64,000 nt of DNA from Eledone cirrhosa (lineage: Eukaryota), in the NCBI GenBank assembly GCA_964016885.1, contig OZ024741.1, positions 179,924,001 to 179,988,000 of the forward strand. Reading direction: 5' to 3'. Both the position numbers and the translations under genes were made by a program. A model generated the notes under the pieces. That model ran no database searches. It was not told where the DNA came from and saw nothing but the letters and a program-made list of their open reading frames with translations. Shown here piece by piece: positions 55,940 to 64,000 of the stretch (position 1 is the first letter of the stretch; every line of letters begins with the position of its first letter).

Positions 55940-58900
55940 ATAAGATGGTGGGTACTCTGGGGAAGAGTGTGTTTCGATGGTGTGTACAGTGGGGGAAGAG
56001 TGTGTTAAGATGGTGTGTACAGTGGGGGAGGTGTGTGTTAAAATGATGCGTACAGTGGGGGAGGAGTGTGTTAAAATGGTGTGTTCTGTGGAGAAGGAGT
56101 CTGTTAAGATGGTGTGTACAGTGGAGGAGGAGTGTGTTAAGATGGTGTGTACACTAGGGGAGGTGTGTGTTAAGATGGTGTGTACAGTGGAGGAGGAGTG
56201 TGTTAAGATGGTGTGTACATTGGGGGAGGAGTGTGTTAAGATGGTGTGTACGGTGGAGGGGGAGTGTGTTAGGACGGTGTGTACAGTGGGGTAGGAGTGT
56301 GTTAAGATGGTGTGTACAGAGGGGGAGGAGTGTGTTAAGATGTTGTGTACAATGGTGGAGGTGTGGGTAAATATGGTGTGTACAACGGGGGAGGAGTGTG
56401 TTAAGATGGTGTGTACAATGGGGGAGGAGTGTGTTAAGATTGTGTGTACAGTGGGGGAGGTGTGTGTTAAGATGGTGTGTACTCTGGGGAGGAGTGTGTT
56501 AAGATGGTGTGTACTCTGGGGAGGAGTGTGTTAAGATGGTGTGTACGGTGGAGGAGGTGTGTGTTAAGATGGTGTGTACAGTGGGGGAGGTGTGTGTTAA
56601 GATGGTGTGTACACTGGGGGAGCTGTGTGTTAAGATGGTGTGTACAGTGGAGGAGGAGTGTGTTAAGATGGTGTGTACAGTGGGGGAGGAGTGTGTTAAG
56701 ATGGTGTGTACAGTGGTGGAAGAGTGTGTTAAGATGGTGTGTACTCTGGTGGAGGAGTGTGTTAAGATGGTGTGTACAGTGGGGGAGGTGTGTACAGTGG
56801 GGGAGCTGTGTGTTAAGATGGTGTGTACAGTGGGGGAGGAGTGTGTTAAGATGTTGTGTACAGTGGAGGAGGAGTGTGTTAAGATGGTGTGTACAGTGGT
56901 GGAAGAGTGTGTTAAGATGGTGTGTACTCTGGGGGAGGAGTGTGTTAAGATGGTGTGTACAGTGGGGGAGGTGTGTACAGTGGGGGAGGTGTGTTAAGAT
57001 GGTGTGTACAGTGGGGGAGGAGTGTGTTAAGATGTTGTGTACAGTGGAGGAGGAGTGTGTTAAGATGGTGTGTACGGTGGAGGGGGAGTGTGTTAAGACG
57101 GTGTGTACAGTGGGGGAGGAGTGTGTTAAGATGGTGTGTACAATGGGGGAGGAGTCTGTTAAGATGGTGTGTACAACGGGGGAGGAGTGTGTTAAGATGG
57201 TGTGTACGGTGGGGGAGGTGTGTGTTAAGATGGTGTGTACAGTGGGGGAGGTGTGTGTTAAGATGGTGTGTACTCTGGGGAGGAGTGTGTTAAGATGGTG
57301 TGTACAGTGGGGAGGAGTGTGTTAAGATGGTGTTTACGGTGGAGGGGAGTGTGTTAAGACGGTGTGTACAGTGGAGGAGGTGTGGGTAAAGATGGTGTGT
57401 ACAGTGGGGGAGGTGTGTGTTAAGATGGTGTGTACGGTGGAGGGGGAGTGTGTTAAGACGGTGTATACAGTGGGGGAGGAGTGTGTTAAGATGGTGTGTA
57501 CAACGGGGGAGGAGTGTGTTAAGATGGTGTGTACAACGGGGGAGGAGTGTGTTAAGATGGTGTGTACAGTGGGGGAGGTGTGTGTTAAGATGGTGTGTAC
57601 TCTGGGGAGGAGTGTGTTAAGATGGTGTGTACAGTGGGGAGGAGTGTGTTAAGATGGTGTGTACGGGGGGGGGGAGTGTGTTAAGATGGTGTGTACAGTG
57701 GGGGAGGTGTGTGTTAAGATGGTGTGTACGGTGGAGGGGGAGTGTGTTAAGATGGTGTGTACAGTGGAGGAGGTGTGGGTAACGATGGTGTGTACAACGG
57801 GGCAGGAGTGTGTTAAGATGGTGTGTACAACGGGGGAGGAGTGTTAAGATGGTGTGTACAACGGGGGAGGAGTGTGTTAAGGTGGTGTGTACAGTGGGGG
57901 AGGTGTGTGTTAAGATGGTGTGTACTCTGGGGGGGAGTGTGTTAAGATGGTGTGTACGGTGGGGGAGGTGTGTGTTAAGATGGTGTGTACAGTGGGGGAG
58001 GTGTGTGTTAAGATGGTGTGTACTCTGGGGAGGAGTGTGTTAAGATGGTGTGTACAGTGGAGGAGGAGTGTGCTAAGATGGTGTGTACGGTGGGGAGGAG
58101 TGTGTTAAGATGGTGTGTACAGTGGGGGAGGTGTGTGTTAAGATGGTGTGTACTCTGGGGAGGAGTGTGTTAAGATGGTGTGTACAGTGGAGGAGGAGTG
58201 TGCTAAGATGGTGTGTACAGTGGGGGAGGAGTGTGTTAAGATGGTGTGTATTCTGGGGAGGAGTGTGTTAAGATGGTGTGTACAATGGGGGAGGTGTGTG
58301 TTAAGATGGTGTGTACTCTGGGGCGGAGTGTGTTAAGATGGTGTGTACAGTGGAGGAGGAGTGTGTTAAGATGGTGTGTACAGTGGAGGAGGAGTGTGCT
58401 AAGATGGTGTGTACAGAGGGGGAGGTGTGTGTTAAGATGGTGTGTACTCTGGGGAGGAGTGTGTTAAGATGGTGTGTACAGAGGGGGAGGAGTGTGTTAA
58501 GATGGTGTGTACAGTGGGGGAGGTGTGTGTTAAGATGGTGTGTACTCTGGGGAGGAGTGTGTTAAGATGGTGTGTACTCTGTGGAGGAGTGTGTTAAGAT
58601 GGTGTGTACAGTGGGGGAGGTGTGTGTTAAGATGGTGTGTACACTGGGGGAGGTGTGTGTTAAGATGGTGTGTACAGTGGAGGAGGAATGTGTTAAGATG
58701 GTGTGTACAGTGGGGGAGGAGTGTGTTAAGATGGTGTGTACAGTGGAGGAGGAGTGTGTTAAGATGGTGTGTACGGTGGAGTGGGAGTGTGTTAAGACGG
58801 TGTGTACAGTGGGGGAGGAGTGTGTTAAGATGTTGTGTACAATGGGGGAGGAGTGTGTTAAGATGGTGTGTACAATGGGGGAGGAGTGTGTTAAGATGGT

Positions 58901-60250
58901 GTGTACAGTGGGGGAGGAGTGTGTTAAGATGGTGTGTACAGTGGGGGAGGAGTGTGTTAAGATGGTGTGTACTCTGGGGGAGGAGTGTGTTAAGATGGTG
59001 TGTACAGTGGGGGAGGAGTGTGTTAAGATGGTGTGTACAGTGGGGGAGGTGTGTGTTAAGATGGTGTGTACAGTCGAGGAGGAGTCTGTTAAGATGGTGT
59101 GTACAGTGGGGGAGGTGTGTGTTAAGATGGTGTGTACGGTGGAGGGGCTGTGTGTTAATATGGTGTGTACTCTGGGGAGGAGTGTGTTAAGAGGTGTGTA
59201 ATCCGGGGAGGAGTGTGTTAAGATGGTGTGTACAGTGGGCGAGGAGTGTGTTAAGATGGTGTGTACAGTGGGGGAGGTGTGTGTTAAGATGGTGTGTACT
59301 CTGGGGAGGAGTGTGTTGAGATGGTGTGTACAGTGGGGAAGGTGTGTGTTAAGATGGTGTGTACAGTGGAGGAAGAGTGTGCTAAGATGGTGTGTAACCT
59401 GGGGAGGAGTGTGTTAAGATGGTGTGTACAGTGGAGGAGGTGTGTGTTAAGATGGTGTGTACTCTGGAGAGGAGTGTGTTAAGATGGTGTGTACAGTGGA
59501 GGAGGTGTGTGTTAAGATGGTGTGTACTCTGGGGAGGAGTGTGTTAAGATGGTGTGTACTCTGGGGGAGGAGTGTGTTAAGATGGTGTGTACAGTGGGGG
59601 AGGAGTGTGTTAAGATGGTGTGTACAGTGGGGGAGGAGTGTGTTAAGATGGTGTGTACTCTGGGGGAGGAGTGTGTTAAGATGGTGTGTACAGTGGGGGA
59701 GGAGTGTGTTAAGATGGTGTGTACAGTGGGGGAGGTGTGTGTTAAGATGGTGTGTACAGTCGAGGAGGAGTCTGTTAAGATGGTGTGTACAGTGGGGGAG
59801 GTGTGTGTTAAGATGGTGTGTACGGTGGAGGGGCTGTGTGTTAATATGGTGTGTACTCTGGGGAGGAGTGTGTTAAGAGGTGTGTAATCCGGGGAGGAGT
59901 GTGTTAAGATGGTGTGTACAGTGGGCGAGGAGTGTGTTAAGATGGTGTGTACAGTGGGGGAGGAGTGTGTTAAGATGGTGTGTACAGTCGAGGAGGAGTG
60001 TGTTAAGATGGGGTGTACAGTGGGGGAGGAGTGTGTTTAGATGGGGTGTACAGTGAGTGATGATTGTCGTATGGTGGTGTTCAGGTAGTGTGGGATGTGT
60101 TAATTTTTGTGTACATTGGGTCAAGTGTGTGTTAAGATGGTGTGTATACTGGGGAGTAATGTGTTAAGATGGTGTGTGTGTGTGGTGAATGAGGTGTGTG
60201 TTAAGATAGAGTTGAATATATGTGAGGACTATGTTAAGATGGTGTGTAAA
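55940..60250. repeat. 33-bp satellite array (~4.3 kb)
   Basis: Consensus gtgtgttaagatggtgtgtacagtgggggagga with 32-bp variants; degenerate at the edges. Confidence 0.97.
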
Positions 60251-60481
60251 CCAACAAAAATGGCCGTGATGTGTGAGTTACAGAGAATATTGGCAACAAG
60301 TACCAAAACTCAACCGTCGAATTTGATGTACCTTGTTTCAGTTGCCTCTGACATTACTGCAGATCCATCCGGGATCCCACTATCTAGAAACTAGCTACAC
60401 GCTGTACTGGGGTATTTTTCAAAACAAAACGGACATGAAATTTCATGGCGAAGACAATGTACGTATAGAATTAAATGTATG

Positions 60482-60553
<72 letters not shown>

Positions 60554-60699
60554 TTGTGTGTGTGTCTGTACGTGTGTGTGTGTGTACGTGTGTGTGTATA
60601 TATATATATATATATGTGTGTGCATATATATATGTATATATATATGTATACGTATATATATATATATATAATTACCTATTTATGTATATATATATATAA

Positions 60700-60740
<41 letters not shown>

Positions 60741-60741
60741 C

Positions 60742-60777
<36 letters not shown>

Positions 60778-61129
60778 GTATATATATATATATATACGTA
60801 TATATATATATATATATATTTTAAAAAATAGAGGTGTAACACACGAGTTGTGATATATTAGTAAAAGGAAAAGAAAATGCTGACAAATTTTTCCCAGTGA
60901 AAAATAGTTTAATTAGGAATAACTATAAATTAGTAATAAGTATTAGTTAACATTCAGTTTTAGTTTTAAGTTTTCATCGGTTGCGCATTTCTAATGCTTT
61001 TAAAAAATAATTTTGAGATAGAGCGCTCGTGATGTTTGCTCTAATCAGATTAGCCAATCGAATAGCTTTATCCTTTTTTTTAACTTGGTCTATCTATCAA
61101 TCCTTTTCAGATAAATGATGACAAACATC

Positions 61130-61420
61130 AAGCTACCTCAGTAAATCAAAAGGAATGCTATAACCGTTGCCTTGAAAGTAGAGCACTGTGATTTAGAGAT
61201 TGCTTGCTTCTTGAAAGTTGCACAGTTGTTTGTTGTTAAGTTCGCAAAGAGCTGGAAGCCGCCGACGGGAATTCTACAGCAGTAGCCAAACGTATCCAAA
61301 CGTAAAACGCCTGCTAAGATTCCTAAACCTTCAGAATACCCGGAACACCAACCCGAGCTAAGGAGCTCAAGGTTTCAAGACACCCTATCAGAAGAATTGT
61401 GCATGAACACCTTCGATTTG
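61130..61420 (+). mobile_element. possible Tc1/mariner transposase N-terminal remnant
   Basis: Translates as KRNAITVALKVEHCDLEIACFLKVAQLFV..VRKELEA, an HTH-like pattern. Weak. Confidence 0.35.
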
Positions 61421-61619
61421 TCATGTGATACAGAGAAACCAATTCATGTCCGCAAAGACAAAAGATAACCGTCTGATCCGCACAGAGCGCTTGTTAAGCA
61501 AGTTGAAACATCAAGAGTCTGGAATGCTGGACCAAAAGACCAAATCGAAGGAGTAGCGGAGGGTAATGTAAAGACGCTAAAGACTTAAAGAAACATTGGC
61601 TATTATTAGCTTTCCATTT

Positions 61620-61940
61620 GAAGGCGAATGGTTTAGTAGTTAGAACATTGAGCTTTCAATCGAGAGGTTGTGAGTTCGATTCTCGGATCGGGTGATACGT
61701 TGTGTCCTTGAGCAAGACACTTTATTTCTCGTTGCTCCAGTTTACTCAACTGTAGAAATGAGTTGTGATGTCACTAGTGTCAAGCCGTATTGGTCAGTGC
61801 CTTTCCATTGGACAATATCGGTGGCGTGGAGAGGGGAGACTGGTCTTCCACAAAACAAACCTTGCTCAGGATTGTGCCTCGGAGGGAAACTTTCTAGGTG
61901 CAAAACCATGGTCATTCGTGACCGAGTGGGGCCATAAGAC
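61620..61940 (+). mobile_element. tRNA-derived SINE (family B)
   Basis: A box tggtttagtagttag, B box gagttcgattc, followed by tgtgtccttgagcaagacacttta. Confidence 0.8.
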
Positions 61941-62054
61941 CTGACGGACACCAGGACCAAGCGTCGATTATATCTTCCCTCTCTCCCCCTTTTCACTTAT
62001 CCTTCCTCCCCTTTCACGTTTGCTGCGATACTAATTGGGCACATTTTGACTCTG

Positions 62055-62086
<32 letters not shown>

Positions 62087-62099
62087 AATATATATATAT

Positions 62100-62162
<63 letters not shown>

Positions 62163-62786
62163 ACACTCTTTCTCTCTCTCGTTTGTTTGTCTGTTTTATT
62201 TTGTTTTATTTTGTTTTATTGTCATCACACACGCATCATACCTGCAGAATTGTTTACCCGAAACTGCTCACCCCAGATACAGAGACCTCACTTTCTCGTG
62301 CGAAACTACACGACCAGGGGATAGCTGACGAGGTATAACTTGTGTAACTTTAATCTCCACACCTATTGTAACTTTGGTCTCCACTTACTACTTTGAAGCT
62401 AAACTCCCCCACTTGCAGATTGCGCATCAACATGAAATATTTTTCTCCACAAAGTTCGATCACAAGCAGCAGAGTTTAAATACCTTTCTTTTCATTCTCA
62501 ATTTCTTAACACTCGTACATCTATTCTTAATTATCTATTCTTTCACCCACCCAACCTCATAACTTTCTGTTTCTCCGTAGTGGTCATTGGCCACTATTTT
62601 CCGTAATTAGGCTTATTTTTACCCGAAATCTATGCTGTTATTATTAACGGCATTTGCCTGTTTCACAGCTTTTTCTTGCGTTTGAGTTTCCCATTTTTCT
62701 ATGAACTTCATATTCCCTCAACGCTTCATTTCGAGAATTCGATACACTCAACACATACACACACACACACACACATATATATATAT

Positions 62787-63419
<633 letters not shown>

Positions 63420-64000
63420 CATATATATATATATGCATGTAATAACCCACATTAAATCATATGAATTTAGCACTGGCTATTAAAATACTTGATGAGAAAT
63501 TTGAAGTGGGCTTAACTCTCATATCTGACCTGGGCCTATTGCCAGCTTTGCATGGACCTACATTTTACATCTAGACTAAGCCTATTACTAGCTTTGAAGG
63601 CCTGTATTTTACATCTAGATTAGGACACGTAAGAGGCTCCTTCGAGCGGCCGGGCAAGTGACACCTCCATTAGCACCGCAACGCTAGTTAGATATAATGC
63701 AATGCTAGTTAGATATAATGCAATGCTAGTTAGATATTATTTCGGAGGGGGTAAGTTAATAGAATACCCACATACATACAGGTTCTGAGGCTTTCTTCAT
63801 CAACCTCGATCGAGACGCCAGGACAGAACTCTGAAGACTTGTCCGAGTAATTTATATTCGTAGGTGGAATATTTATGACGGACATGATGAATTGGAGGGA
63901 GAATAGGGGCAGTTTCTCGAAAAGTAATCAGTTGCGATTATACAACTTCAGTACTTTGAAACTCATTTGTTAAACCCTAATACACAAGTAATTTTGTTGT

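Noticed and set aside
55977-59887. ORFs with repeating CVKMVCTVGEE, superficially metallothionein- or zinc-finger-like
   Set aside because: Satellite translation; the frame is broken repeatedly by 32-bp units.
55940-60250. CRISPR-like array
   Set aside because: Contiguous tandem units with no unique spacers, no cas genes, and a eukaryotic context.
62235-62345. Possible hammerhead (ccgaaac...ctgacgaggt)
   Set aside because: Could not build helices I and III with a valid NUH site.
63780-63895. CTGAAGA followed by a tgtccg/cggaca hairpin
   Set aside because: No GAAA or helix III in the proper place. The same applies to ctgagga at about 27657.

Overview
AT-rich, microsatellite-dense eukaryotic repeat DNA. 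The repeat landscape suggests a cephalopod/Octopus-like mollusc (inference only). No host protein-coding gene is supported, and most track ORFs are translations of simple repeats. Recognisable elements are two Tx1/L1-clade LINEs, R4-like, CRE-like and RTE-like LINE fragments, two decayed autonomous-type Helitrons plus non-autonomous relatives, a 5'-truncated Penelope-like element (RT plus GIY-YIG region, inverted pseudo-LTR), tRNA-derived SINEs, a piggyBac-type MITE and a 4.3-kb 33-bp satellite. The main result, invisible in the ORF track, is roughly 20 intact or degenerate type I hammerhead ribozyme (HHR) motifs from several distinct sequence families. They lie in short non-coding units embedded in (TA)n, arranged as tandem repeats (310, 314, 303, 519, 591 nt) and/or fold-back inversions. 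The clearest case is a 2-kb head-to-head array of near-identical 310-nt monomers with one minimal HHR each (9605-11614), a retrozyme-like system probably mobilised by Penelope elements. All RNA structures were derived by eye and need computational and biochemical confirmation.
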